From Bacteroidia bacterium (GTDB taxonomy: Bacteria; Bacteroidota; Bacteroidia; M30B66): a stretch of DNA of 64,000 nt. The position numbers and the translations under genes are program-made. Positions within the stretch are counted from its first letter, which is position 1; each line of letters starts with the position of its first letter. The notes beneath the pieces were generated by a model. That model was not told the DNA's origin and did not search any database. It saw only the letters and a program-made list of their open reading frames with translations. Of this stretch, positions 18,675 to 28,579 are shown piece after piece. The stretch spans positions 3,392,001 to 3,456,000 of the forward strand of contig OZ257142.1 of NCBI GenBank assembly GCA_965279035.1, given 5' to 3'.

Positions 18675-18705
18675 AGCTCTGTTAGCATGCTAACAGAGCT
18701 TTTTT
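18673..18705 (+). terminator. Probable original tRNA-Pro terminator, displaced by integration
   Basis: Perfect palindrome AAAGCTCTGTTAGCATGCTAACAGAGCTTT plus T-run directly after attR. Confidence 0.8.
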
Positions 18706-18915
18706 ATTGGCATAATGTGTCTAATATTAAGATTTAGTTTTAATTATTAATCATCGTATTCAATCAGCAATCAGGTTAAATTGAATCTGAATGAGAGTTG
18801 TTGGAAATTATGAATAAAACTATACAGGTTTCAATCGTGGACTAAGTAAGAAATAGAGCATAGTAAACGTATTATTTCGAAACTAGTTTTCCCTTTTAGG
18901 GTATATTTGTATAGT

Positions 18916-20220
18916 ATGCCATTTATAAAATTTGCTTCCCGTGCTGTTCGCAATTCGGGGAATTTAATGATCGACAAAGCCAATCAGCTTTTTGTTATGC
19001 TGCTGATGGTAATGTTTAGCTATTCGATTATATTCAGCTTGATAGATTATAATCTACAGTATTATCATTCAGCAATTGTTAATTTATGCATGCTTCCTAT
19101 TTCATTACTTTCTTTTTATCTATTAAATAATAAACACACACGAGCTGCAAAATTAATAGCAATATTATTTGCTAATTATGTAATTACATCTCACTGCTTC
19201 ACATATTCTCCAGGTTCATTTGTATGTTCTTTTTATTTTCCAATTATCATGTGTTCCTTGGTTATTCTACCTGGCAAAGACCGTGTAATTGGATATGGAT
19301 TGGCCATTTTTACTTTCCTGTTGCTTAATATCATGTTGTTTGCAGAGTATCCAATCGAGATGCATTCAATTTCTAGAGATGAAATGAAACTTCAGTGGCT
19401 AATGAATTCATTAGGTGCTGCAATTCTAACTCTACTTGTAACCTCTTTTATCCTTCGAGTTAACCAACAAATACAGCTTGAATTAACCAATCAAACCGAA
19501 GAAGCAACTCAAAAAAACGATCATCTTGAATTAAATATCCGAACTAAAAACAGATTATTTTCTATTATTTCTCATGATTTACGAAATCCACTAATCACCA
19601 TCCGTGGAGCATTTGACATGCTTAATAATGATGAAATACCTGAAGATAAGAAAAGGTACTTATTGGTAGAATTAGGTAAACGAGTTGATAATACAATGGT
19701 GTTGATGGATAATCTTCTCATGTGGTCGCGTACTCAATTGGATGGAATTGTTTATCAACCTGAAGTTATTGATCCGAATCATTTGATTAAATCTGTTGTT
19801 CGACAATTAGAGCCTCAAGCGGAAGAAAAAAAGATTCTTATTATTCAACACTGCCCTAAAACACTATTAGTCAATGTTGATAGAAATATGTTTGAATTGA
19901 TTTTTAGAAATCTAATTTCAAATGCAATTAAGTTCACCCATCCCGAAGGGTATATTAAGATTGCTATCGAAAAGGAAGACAATAAAGCAAAAATAACCGT
20001 TTCAGATTCAGGTATAGGAATGACTCCCGAAGTACTTGAAAAGCTTAGGAATAAAGAATTCTTTTCTAACCCAGGAACTAAAAAAGAAAAAGGTACTGGT
20101 TTGGGTCTTGTTTTATGTCAAGAATTTATTGCAAAACATCGAGGTGAATTGATCATTGAATCACAACCTCAATTAGGCACAATCATTACCGTTTTGGTTA
20201 ATGTTTTTGAAGAAGAATAA
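18916..20220 (+). CDS. Membrane sensor histidine kinase
   Basis: TM region, ISHDLRNP H-box, NLISNAIKF, DSGIG, GTGLGL; TATATTTG box at 18902 supports ATG 18916. Confidence 0.93.
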   Translation: MPFIKFASRAVRNSGNLMIDKANQLFVMLLMVMFSYSIIFSLIDYNLQYYHSAIVNLCMLPISLLSFYLLNNKHTRAAKLIAILFANYVITSHCFTYSPGSFVCSFYFPIIMCSLVILPGKDRVIGYGLAIFTFLLLNIMLFAEYPIEMHSISRDEMKLQWLMNSLGAAILTLLVTSFILRVNQQIQLELTNQTEEATQKNDHLELNIRTKNRLFSIISHDLRNPLITIRGAFDMLNNDEIPEDKKRYLLVELGKRVDNTMVLMDNLLMWSRTQLDGIVYQPEVIDPNHLIKSVVRQLEPQAEEKKILIIQHCPKTLLVNVDRNMFELIFRNLISNAIKFTHPEGYIKIAIEKEDNKAKITVSDSGIGMTPEVLEKLRNKEFFSNPGTKKEKGTGLGLVLCQEFIAKHRGELIIESQPQLGTIITVLVNVFEEE

Positions 20221-20293
20221 AAATTATCAAACTCTATTTTTACAAAACTATATTTCTAAAATTAAACCAAAAATAAATTAATAAACGAGTAAA

Positions 20294-21598
20294 ATGTTGT
20301 TCCGTCGTATTTCGAATTACTTTGTGAAGAATACCGGAAATCTCATGATTGACAATGCAAATCAGTTGTTTTTCATGTTGATCATTGTCACTTTCTTTTA
20401 TTCAATCATTTTTGGAATAATTGGTTTTCATCTGAATTATACCAATTCAGCTTATGTTAATTTATCTTTATTACCCGGTTCATTGTTAGCATTGTTATTA
20501 TTGAAAAAAGGGATTCCACTTATTGGAAAGATCCTTTTGATAATTCATGCAGACATTATCATTGCATTATCCTGTGTATATTTTTCCCCAGATACTTATT
20601 CAATTTCATTCCTTTTCCCAATATCGATTTGTGCTTTAGTAATTCTTCCCGGAAAAGAAAAAATGATTGGATATGTTTTAGCTTCATTTTCCCTCCTACT
20701 ACTCATTGTGCTTTTGCTTGGAGATTACGATGTTGGACGACCTAATATGCCAATGAACGAATTGAAATTGCAGTGGATTATCAATGCAATTGGTGCTGTA
20801 ACACTCACATTTCTAGTTACTCAATTCATTTTAAATGTGAACAATCAAATTCAATATGGACTCACGAAAAAAACAGAAAAAGAAGTACTAAAAAACCAAG
20901 AATTGAATTTAAATATTGATACTAAAAATCGATTATTTTCTATCATTTCTCACGACTTACGAAATCCGCTAGTTACAATTCGTGGAGCATTTGATATGCT
21001 TAATAGCATTGATGTACCTGATGAAAAAAAGAAGTTTCTAATTGCCGAATTAGGGAAACGAGTTGATAATACAATGGTTTTAATGGATAATCTATTAATG
21101 TGGTCAAGAACACAATTAAATGGTATTGTTTATCAACCCGAAATTATAGATCCTAATTATTCTATAAGATCTGTTGTTCGCCAACTTGAGGGACAAGCGG
21201 AAGAGAAAAAAATCATGATTGTTCAACAATGCCCAGAAACAGTTATGATCAATGCTGATCGAAATATGTTTGAATTAATTTTCAGAAACCTTATTTCTAA
21301 TTCTATCAAATTCACTCAGCCCGAAGGCTATATCAATATATTGATTAAGAAAGAACTAAATAAAGTAAAGATTACCGTTTCTGATTCTGGAATCGGAATG
21401 AGTACAGAGTTAATTGAAAAATTAAGAAATAAAATTTTCATTTCAAACTTAGGAACTCAAAAAGAAAAAGGAACTGGATTAGGCTTAGTTCTATGTCACG
21501 AATTTATTGAGCGAAATAAAGGTGAACTCATTATTGAGTCGCAGCTACTTGCAGGAACGATCATTACCGTTTTGTTTGATTATTTGGAAGTTGAATAA
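20294..21598 (+). CDS. Membrane sensor histidine kinase (tandem paralog)
   Basis: Same motifs; long identical stretches such as GKRVDNTMVLMDNLLMWSRTQL. Confidence 0.93.
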   Translation: MLFRRISNYFVKNTGNLMIDNANQLFFMLIIVTFFYSIIFGIIGFHLNYTNSAYVNLSLLPGSLLALLLLKKGIPLIGKILLIIHADIIIALSCVYFSPDTYSISFLFPISICALVILPGKEKMIGYVLASFSLLLLIVLLLGDYDVGRPNMPMNELKLQWIINAIGAVTLTFLVTQFILNVNNQIQYGLTKKTEKEVLKNQELNLNIDTKNRLFSIISHDLRNPLVTIRGAFDMLNSIDVPDEKKKFLIAELGKRVDNTMVLMDNLLMWSRTQLNGIVYQPEIIDPNYSIRSVVRQLEGQAEEKKIMIVQQCPETVMINADRNMFELIFRNLISNSIKFTQPEGYINILIKKELNKVKITVSDSGIGMSTELIEKLRNKIFISNLGTQKEKGTGLGLVLCHEFIERNKGELIIESQLLAGTIITVLFDYLEVE

Positions 21599-21816
21599 TT
21601 ACTTGGTAGTTCGATTTTCAATTGAGAACCAAATTCACATACAGTTTTCAACAAAAACCTCAATTACAAACATGTAAGGAAAATCTATAAATCGAAGCAA
21701 CATTCGGTTTTGATTCGAGTAATACATATTCAAACCATCGTTCTCTAAGCTGTTTAAAAGATTAGGAAACTGGCTTAGAATCGAAAACACAACAAACGAA
21801 CTTTAACAAAAAAAAC

Positions 21817-22629
21817 ATGATTCGGAAACTCTTAGCACCGCTTGCACTGTTTGTATTCTTATCTACACAAATAACCGCTGCAGAAAGTATTGTCCGTATT
21901 GCTCAAACACTTTCACAATCGAAAGCATACGCTGGTGGAACTTTTCTTGTAAAAATTAAAATCGAACGAAGAAGCCTAGATAGTTTCTTTCAAATTGAAC
22001 AAGAACTACCTAAAGGAATGACTGCCATTGGTGTTGAAAGTCAAGGAGCTACTTTCAGTTGTAAAGACGGTAAAGTGAAATACAACTGGCTCCGATTACC
22101 AGCTCAAGAAGAAATTCAAGTCATCTATAAAGTATCTATTCCCTTCGAAATGCGTGGGAAACAATCCATTGAAGGAAGATACTACTACATTCAAAATGAG
22201 GAAAAAGAAGTTTTTACTCTTCCTAAAAATACCATTGAAGTAGTTGAATTCATTGCAGCTAGCGATTCTTTAGCAGAAAAAACACTCTTAGGTGTAATCA
22301 ATAACAACGAAGATAAACCTGCTTACATGGAAGAAGCTAAAATGGATTTGGAATATAAAGTTCAAATTCTGAGCTCTACACGTGCACTTGATCGGGATTC
22401 AATTCGTAAGGAATATGCGATAAAAGACAAATTACAAGAAGAAAACTTCAACGGACTTTACAAATACACGGTTGGTTCTTTCAGTACTTACGAACAAGCA
22501 CGTGACTTCAAAAACAAACTCGATTTCTCTCGCTACATTCCTTTTGTAATAGCTTATAACCGAGGAACCCGCATTACTGTAGGTGAGGCGATGAGCTTAG
22601 CATCTAAGAAGAAAACAATTCAAAAATAA
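21817..22629 (+). CDS. Secreted protein with Ig/cohesin-like N-domain and SPOR-like C-domain
   Basis: Signal peptide; C-terminal YKVQILS..GLYKYTVGSF.TYEQA..FVIAYNRGTRI. Confidence 0.7.
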   Translation: MIRKLLAPLALFVFLSTQITAAESIVRIAQTLSQSKAYAGGTFLVKIKIERRSLDSFFQIEQELPKGMTAIGVESQGATFSCKDGKVKYNWLRLPAQEEIQVIYKVSIPFEMRGKQSIEGRYYYIQNEEKEVFTLPKNTIEVVEFIAASDSLAEKTLLGVINNNEDKPAYMEEAKMDLEYKVQILSSTRALDRDSIRKEYAIKDKLQEENFNGLYKYTVGSFSTYEQARDFKNKLDFSRYIPFVIAYNRGTRITVGEAMSLASKKKTIQK

Positions 22630-22654
22630 TAAACTGTGCTGTGTTAATCCTCCT

Positions 22655-22692
22655 AACGTCCTGTAGTGTAAACTGCAGGACGTTTTTATTTT
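22655..22692 (+). terminator. Intrinsic terminator
   Basis: AACGTCCTGTAG..CTGCAGGACGTT followed by TTTATTTT. Confidence 0.65.
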
Positions 22693-22724
22693 ATCGGGGA
22701 GCTTGAATTTCCGATATTCGTTGC

Positions 22725-23768
22725 ATGAAGCAAACACAGTTTCTGGTTTTAGTTATCGCCCTATTCCTACAGAATTTCATTTCGGCTCAAGTGGATGCTG
22801 TTGGAATCGAATATGAAATTCCTAGTCAAATAGAAGCCGGGACTCCTTTTATTATCACTTTAAAACTTAACCGAGCTTCATTAACAGGTATTGCGCGTAT
22901 TCAACAATCTTGGCCTCGTGGATTTACCTTAAATGAAATGGAGAATGCAGGTGCAATTTTCTCTTTCAGTAAAACACAATTGCAATTTCTTTGGGTAACT
23001 CTTCCTACAGAGAAAATTATCACCTTGAAATATGAAGTTCTTGCAGGAAAAGAATATTCGGGTAAACTTGAGATACCAGGCGTTTTAATCTATTTAGATG
23101 GCTCTCAACGGAAAGAGATTCCATTTCCACCTCTCAAACTCGACATCAAAGGAAAAGGAACTAAATCGTTCGAAAAACCTTTATCTCCAAATCTTAACTC
23201 TTCCGAAATCAACCCTATTAAATCAACTGTTGCTATCAATTCAGGTGCGCAGACAAAAACAACTACACCAATAAAAAAAGAAAATCCTCCTGCTAAAACG
23301 GAGAAAAAGGAAATTCCTAAAGAAGCTGTCAATCCTGCTAAAAAAGAAGTAAAAACAGAAGCTGCACCTAAACCTATCGATCAAAAGAAAAATCCAATTA
23401 AACAGGAAAATAAACCAAAGGATACTGAAGCTAAACCTGCTAAAAAAGAAGAAACACCTACTACTCTAAACACCTCAACATCTACAAGTAAATCTCTTAT
23501 TACATTTAGAATTCAATTGGCAGCGGTTCCTCAAAAAGTCGATAAAGAATCTATCGCTCGCGATTTTAATGTAGATGCAAAGGAGTTGCAAGAAGAAAGT
23601 CATAACGGACTTTTTAAGTATACCTTTGGTGAATTCCCCAGTCTAGTTGAAGCGCGTAAAAAAATGAACACTAATCCCAAAATGAAAGGGAAAGCATTTA
23701 TTACGGGATATCGGAATAATATCCGAATCGACTTAGAAGAAGCTATCCGTTTAAGTAAAGAAAAATAA
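22725..23768 (+). CDS. Paralog with Ig-like N-domain, Lys/Pro-rich linker and SPOR-like C-domain
   Basis: FRIQLAA..GLFKYTFGEF.SLVEA..AFITGYRNNIRI. Confidence 0.7.
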   Translation: MKQTQFLVLVIALFLQNFISAQVDAVGIEYEIPSQIEAGTPFIITLKLNRASLTGIARIQQSWPRGFTLNEMENAGAIFSFSKTQLQFLWVTLPTEKIITLKYEVLAGKEYSGKLEIPGVLIYLDGSQRKEIPFPPLKLDIKGKGTKSFEKPLSPNLNSSEINPIKSTVAINSGAQTKTTTPIKKENPPAKTEKKEIPKEAVNPAKKEVKTEAAPKPIDQKKNPIKQENKPKDTEAKPAKKEETPTTLNTSTSTSKSLITFRIQLAAVPQKVDKESIARDFNVDAKELQEESHNGLFKYTFGEFPSLVEARKKMNTNPKMKGKAFITGYRNNIRIDLEEAIRLSKEK

Positions 23769-23772
23769 GCCA

Positions 23773-24813
23773 GTGCCAATTCAAGATTATCGACTTCGTA
23801 GAAGAATCATTTTACTCCTGACACTCATATCAGGTACGTTTTTACTTTATGCTTTACACGAACTTTTTCCAGCATTTTTAGGTGCTGTAGTTTTATACGT
23901 CCTGTTCCGTCCTCTTTTTGGCTTGCTTCGGTATGTAAAAAAATGGCCCAATTGGTTAGCTACATGGACGATAATGTTGCTCACGTTCTTGCTCATCGTT
24001 CTACCGCTTACCACCGTTGGAATAATGATCGGAACCAAAGTTTCAAACCTTCTTAAACATACCGAAGCCATTACTTCCATCCTTGATAAAGTCCAGAATT
24101 ATTTTGGAATAACCTTGAATGATGATTCAACCGTTGAAAAGATACTAGGCTTTTTACAAGACAATTTGTTTGGTGGTGTGAGCTCCTTTGTGAACGGAGT
24201 TTTTGGGATAATATTCACGCTTGGAATGATGTATTTCATTCTGTATTTCATGTTGAGCAGTCACCGTTCGTTTGAAAAAACTCTCGTCAAATACATGCCC
24301 TTCAAAAAGGAAAACACACTAAGATTTGCAGCTGAATTAAGGAATTCAACCTATTCTAATGTGCTCGGACAAGGACTCATTGCCTTCGTTCAAGGTAGTT
24401 TGGTAAGTGTTGGATTATGGATTTTCGATTTTAATGATCCCGTTTTTTGGGGGATAATTTCGTTCTTTCTCTCCTTCCTTCCTGTGATAGGCGCACCTAT
24501 CGTGTTTGTTCCTGCAGGATTAATCGCTATAGCAAACGGACATGCATCCGATGGTTATGGAATCATTCTTTGGGGATTTATCCTAGTAACGAATATCGAC
24601 AACGTATTACGCTATTTTATTTCCAAATACATGGCTGATACACATCCTCTGGTTGCCATCATCGGGGTGATTATTGGGATTCCTATATTTGGAATACTGG
24701 GATTGGTATTCGGTCCGTTGCTGATTTCCTGGTTCTTCCTGCTTATTAAAATTTATGAGGAAGGAAAAGATGAGGAAGAAACGGATGAAGAGGATGAAAG
24801 TATCCTTGCCTAA
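23773..24813 (+). CDS. AI-2E family transporter
   Basis: Multiple TM helices; NIDNVLRY..HPLVAIIGVIIG..FGILGLVFGP. Confidence 0.9.
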   Translation: MPIQDYRLRRRIILLLTLISGTFLLYALHELFPAFLGAVVLYVLFRPLFGLLRYVKKWPNWLATWTIMLLTFLLIVLPLTTVGIMIGTKVSNLLKHTEAITSILDKVQNYFGITLNDDSTVEKILGFLQDNLFGGVSSFVNGVFGIIFTLGMMYFILYFMLSSHRSFEKTLVKYMPFKKENTLRFAAELRNSTYSNVLGQGLIAFVQGSLVSVGLWIFDFNDPVFWGIISFFLSFLPVIGAPIVFVPAGLIAIANGHASDGYGIILWGFILVTNIDNVLRYFISKYMADTHPLVAIIGVIIGIPIFGILGLVFGPLLISWFFLLIKIYEEGKDEEETDEEDESILA

Positions 24814-26328
24814 TTATCGGTGACTGCGTTTCGAACTTCCAAATAAAACCCCAAAAATTCCTCGCACTAATTCTCGTCCAATACTGCGCGTAACAGAAGA
24901 ATTCATCACTTCTTCTAACATCGTCTTTTCTTGTTTACCCGATTTTTTGGGTGATGTAGAAGTTGATGTTGATTCTTGTTGTTCTTGCAAACGAGAATTC
25001 AGCATTTCGTATGCACTCACCGGATCGGTTGTTTCGGCATATTTGGCAAATAACTCTGACTGTTGAAGATGATCTTGATATTCACTTGCAGGAAGCGGTC
25101 CCATAACTGCTGCAGGAGGAACGAGATGAGTATGAACCACTTCCGTTGGAATTCCTTTCGCGTTGAGTACAGTTACCAAAGCTTGTCCAATTCCCATTTG
25201 GGTGAGCGTTTCTTCAATCTCGTAAAAAGCCGAACGCGGATAGGTCTTCACAGTATCTTTCAAAGCTTTAGCATCGTTGGGTGTGAAAGCACGTAATACA
25301 TGCTGAAAACGGTTTCCCAACTGAGCCAACACATTCACCGGAATATCTTGAGCCATTTGAGAACAAAAGAATACCCCTACTCCTTTCGAACGAATCAAGC
25401 GGACAATCTGTTCTACTTGATCCAAAAATGCTTTAGGAGCGTCGCTAAATAACAAATGCGCTTCATCGAGGAAGAATACTAATTTGGGTTTGTCTAAATC
25501 GCCTGCCTCGGGTAAGGTTTCATACAACTCAACCAATAAACTCAATAGGAATGTAGAAAACACGGCTGGTTTATCTTGCATATCGCTCACATTGAGCAAA
25601 CTCACCACACCTTGTCCATCAACTTTCAACATCAAATCGGAAATATCAAACGATGGTTCTCCAAAAACAGCCGCTACTCCTTGCTGCTCTAATGAAACAA
25701 TCTTACGCAAGATGGTTCCGGAAGTAGCACTTGAAATAATTCCGTAGCTTTCTTTTATCTCTGCTTTTCCGGGACCTTCGCTTAAGTAATTGAGGACTTT
25801 TTTCAAATCCTGCAAATCCACAATGGGAAGACCTTTATCGTCGGCATACTTAAACAGGATAGACAAAACACCTGTTTGCGTTTCGTTTAGTTCGAGGATT
25901 TTGGCGAGCAAGACAGGACCAAATTCCATCACTGTAGCCCGCATTTGTGCACCTAATTTCCCACTGAGTGAATACAGCTCAATAGGAACTCCTTCGGGTT
26001 GAAAGTCAATGTTTAAGGCGGATGCACGTTCTTCGATTTTAGCATTGGAAACACCTGGTTTACCTAATCCACTTAAATCACCTTTGATATCGGAAAGAAA
26101 TACCGGAACACCTGCTTTACTCAACTGTTCTGCTAAAACCTGAAGCGTACGTGTTTTACCCGAACCAGTAGCACCAGCAATCAAACCATGACGGTTCATC
26201 ATACTCAAGGGAATATTCACCCGAGCATCGGATAAAATTTCTCCATGGAGCACTCCACATCCTAAAAAAATATGTGCTTGACTATCGGGATATGACGATT
26301 GAACTGCTGTGATGAATTCCTGTTTCAT
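24814..26328 (-). CDS. HerA-like ATPase, YjgR/DUF853 family
   Basis: NRHGLIAGATGSGKT, DIKGDLSG, FFLDEAHLLF, RLIRSKGVG; ATG 26328 preferred over 26361. Confidence 0.92.
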   Translation of the reverse strand: MKQEFITAVQSSYPDSQAHIFLGCGVLHGEILSDARVNIPLSMMNRHGLIAGATGSGKTRTLQVLAEQLSKAGVPVFLSDIKGDLSGLGKPGVSNAKIEERASALNIDFQPEGVPIELYSLSGKLGAQMRATVMEFGPVLLAKILELNETQTGVLSILFKYADDKGLPIVDLQDLKKVLNYLSEGPGKAEIKESYGIISSATSGTILRKIVSLEQQGVAAVFGEPSFDISDLMLKVDGQGVVSLLNVSDMQDKPAVFSTFLLSLLVELYETLPEAGDLDKPKLVFFLDEAHLLFSDAPKAFLDQVEQIVRLIRSKGVGVFFCSQMAQDIPVNVLAQLGNRFQHVLRAFTPNDAKALKDTVKTYPRSAFYEIEETLTQMGIGQALVTVLNAKGIPTEVVHTHLVPPAAVMGPLPASEYQDHLQQSELFAKYAETTDPVSAYEMLNSRLQEQQESTSTSTSPKKSGKQEKTMLEEVMNSSVTRSIGRELVRGIFGVLFGSSKRSHR

Positions 26329-26380
26329 AGTTTGCGGAAACGACAAATTACGGACAGGCAAGCATCGGAATAAAGGCTCT

Positions 26381-28525
26381 TTATGCTTTTTTCTTCACAG
26401 CGGCTTTTTTATGACGAGCAGTCAAGCGAAACACCTGTACCGACAAGGGAGGCAAATCAATTGCGATAGAATGTGGGCGACCATGTTTCTCAACATCGGT
26501 TGATTCGTACTTGTGTTTTGCCGAATAATCACTTCCCCAGTAGGCTTTGCTATCACTATTGAATATGACCGAATATTTACCACCATCTGGAACACCAATT
26601 CGGTAATTTTCCTGAGGAACTGGAGTGAAATTGCAAGCTATCACCAAATAATCTTCCGGCTTTTCTCCTCTGCGGATATAAGTTAAAGTACTGTTGCGAC
26701 TATCGTTTAAATCGATCCACTCAAATCCTTTTGTATCGAATTGCAAGCTGTGAAGAGCTGGTTCTTTGCGGTATAAAGCGTTCAAGTCTTTTATGAGTTT
26801 TTGCAAACCGCTATTGGGCTCAAAACCTGTGAGATGCCAGTCGAGACTCGTTTTGTAATTCCACTCGCTATATTGTCCAAACTCATCACCCATGAAAAGT
26901 AATTTACTTCCCGGATGCGTGAACATGTAGGAATACATAGCGCGCAGATTGGCAAATTTCTGCCATTGATCGCCCGGCATGCGATCGATAAGCGAACCTT
27001 TTCCATGAACTACTTCATCATGCGAAAGTGGTAGCATGAAACTTTCGGTGAAGGCGTAATAAATCGAGAATGTTACATCGTTTTGATGATGTTCGCGGTA
27101 GAGCGGATCGGTTTTGAAATAACGAAGTGTATCGTGCATCCAGCCCATCATCCATTTCATCCCGAAACCTAAACCACCATCGCGCACCGGACCGGAAACT
27201 TTTGGCCAAGAAGTCGATTCTTCGGCAATCATCTGGATTTCGGGAAAATGATAATACATCGTTTCATTCAATTCCTTGAGGAAAGAAATGGCTTCGAGAT
27301 TTTCGTTTCCACCGTAAATATTGGGCTCCCACTCGCCATCCTTGCGAGAATAGTCGAGATAGAGCATTGAAGCTACCGCATCAACCCGTAAACCATCCAC
27401 TTTGTACACATCGGCCCAAAACATAGCGGAGCTGATGAGGAAAGAACGCACTTCAAATCGTCCGTAATTGAAAATGAGGCTCTTCCAATCGGGATGAAAG
27501 CCTTTACGCAAATCTTGATGTTCGAAAAGATGCGTGCCGTCGAATTGCGCTAGGGCAAAACTATCCTCTGGAAAATGCGATGGAACCCAATCGAGTATTA
27601 CTCCAATTCCAGCTTCGTGAAAAGCATCTACCATCGCCATGAATTCCTGTGGTGAGCCAAATCGAGAAGTTGGCGCGAAGAATCCTGTGGTTTGATATCC
27701 CCATGAACCCGAATAAGGATGTTCAGTTAAAGGTAGAAACTCAACATGCGTGAAACCCATTTCCTTCACGTATGCGACAAGTTCTTTGCTTAAATCGTTG
27801 TAGCTGAGATAATCGTCTTCTTTGGAACCGGGCTTTTTCCATGATCCAGCATGGACTTCATACACCGACCAAGCTTTGGATGCCGAACCGCGACCTTTTT
27901 GTCCTAACCACGTTTTTGCTTTCCAAGAATAATTCAAATCCCACACGATGGAAGCGCGCTTAGGTGGCACTTCGTTGAAGAATGCAAATGGATCGAATTT
28001 CTCCAAAATGCGACCTGTTTGTGCATTACGAAGCATGTATTTGTACAAACTACCGTGTCCAACTCCGGGAATAAAAACTTCCCAAATTCCTGAGCCATCA
28101 CTTCGTGCCGACATGTGGCCTTGCTCTGGATTCCAACCATTAAAGTCACCAATCACACTAACTGCGGATGCATTCGGTGCCCAAACGGCAAAGAAAGTTC
28201 CTTTAACTCCATTGTTATCGCATAAGTGAGCGCCTAATTTTTGGTAGAGGCGATAGTGTTTTCCCTGACGGAAGAGGTAAATATCAAAATCGGTGAAGAG
28301 CGAAAAACTCGAAGGATCATCTTTTCCATTTCCTAAGTTCTGAGAGCTAGCCAAAAGATCGGTTGTCTTTACTTTGGTTTCTTTAGTTATTTCGACTTTT
28401 GCTACAGCCGATTTGACCGCTTTTTTAACCGATGATTTAGGTGTTGGAGTTTCGCTTTTTTTACTGACAGCTTTCTTAGCTGGTTTCACTTCCACGATTT
28501 CGGCAGTATCTTTCTTTTTCGCCAT
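26381..28525 (-). CDS. glgB: 1,4-alpha-glucan branching enzyme
   Basis: FAVWAPNA, YEVHAGSW, SWGYQ, DWVPSHFP, DGLRVDAVASMLY, AEEST, LSHDEVVHGK. Confidence 0.97.
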   Translation of the reverse strand: MAKKKDTAEIVEVKPAKKAVSKKSETPTPKSSVKKAVKSAVAKVEITKETKVKTTDLLASSQNLGNGKDDPSSFSLFTDFDIYLFRQGKHYRLYQKLGAHLCDNNGVKGTFFAVWAPNASAVSVIGDFNGWNPEQGHMSARSDGSGIWEVFIPGVGHGSLYKYMLRNAQTGRILEKFDPFAFFNEVPPKRASIVWDLNYSWKAKTWLGQKGRGSASKAWSVYEVHAGSWKKPGSKEDDYLSYNDLSKELVAYVKEMGFTHVEFLPLTEHPYSGSWGYQTTGFFAPTSRFGSPQEFMAMVDAFHEAGIGVILDWVPSHFPEDSFALAQFDGTHLFEHQDLRKGFHPDWKSLIFNYGRFEVRSFLISSAMFWADVYKVDGLRVDAVASMLYLDYSRKDGEWEPNIYGGNENLEAISFLKELNETMYYHFPEIQMIAEESTSWPKVSGPVRDGGLGFGMKWMMGWMHDTLRYFKTDPLYREHHQNDVTFSIYYAFTESFMLPLSHDEVVHGKGSLIDRMPGDQWQKFANLRAMYSYMFTHPGSKLLFMGDEFGQYSEWNYKTSLDWHLTGFEPNSGLQKLIKDLNALYRKEPALHSLQFDTKGFEWIDLNDSRNSTLTYIRRGEKPEDYLVIACNFTPVPQENYRIGVPDGGKYSVIFNSDSKAYWGSDYSAKHKYESTDVEKHGRPHSIAIDLPPLSVQVFRLTARHKKAAVKKKA

Positions 28526-28579
28526 GCGAGTTGGATGTTCTTATTATGTGAACAATATTTATTTCGTTAATCAGGTTGA

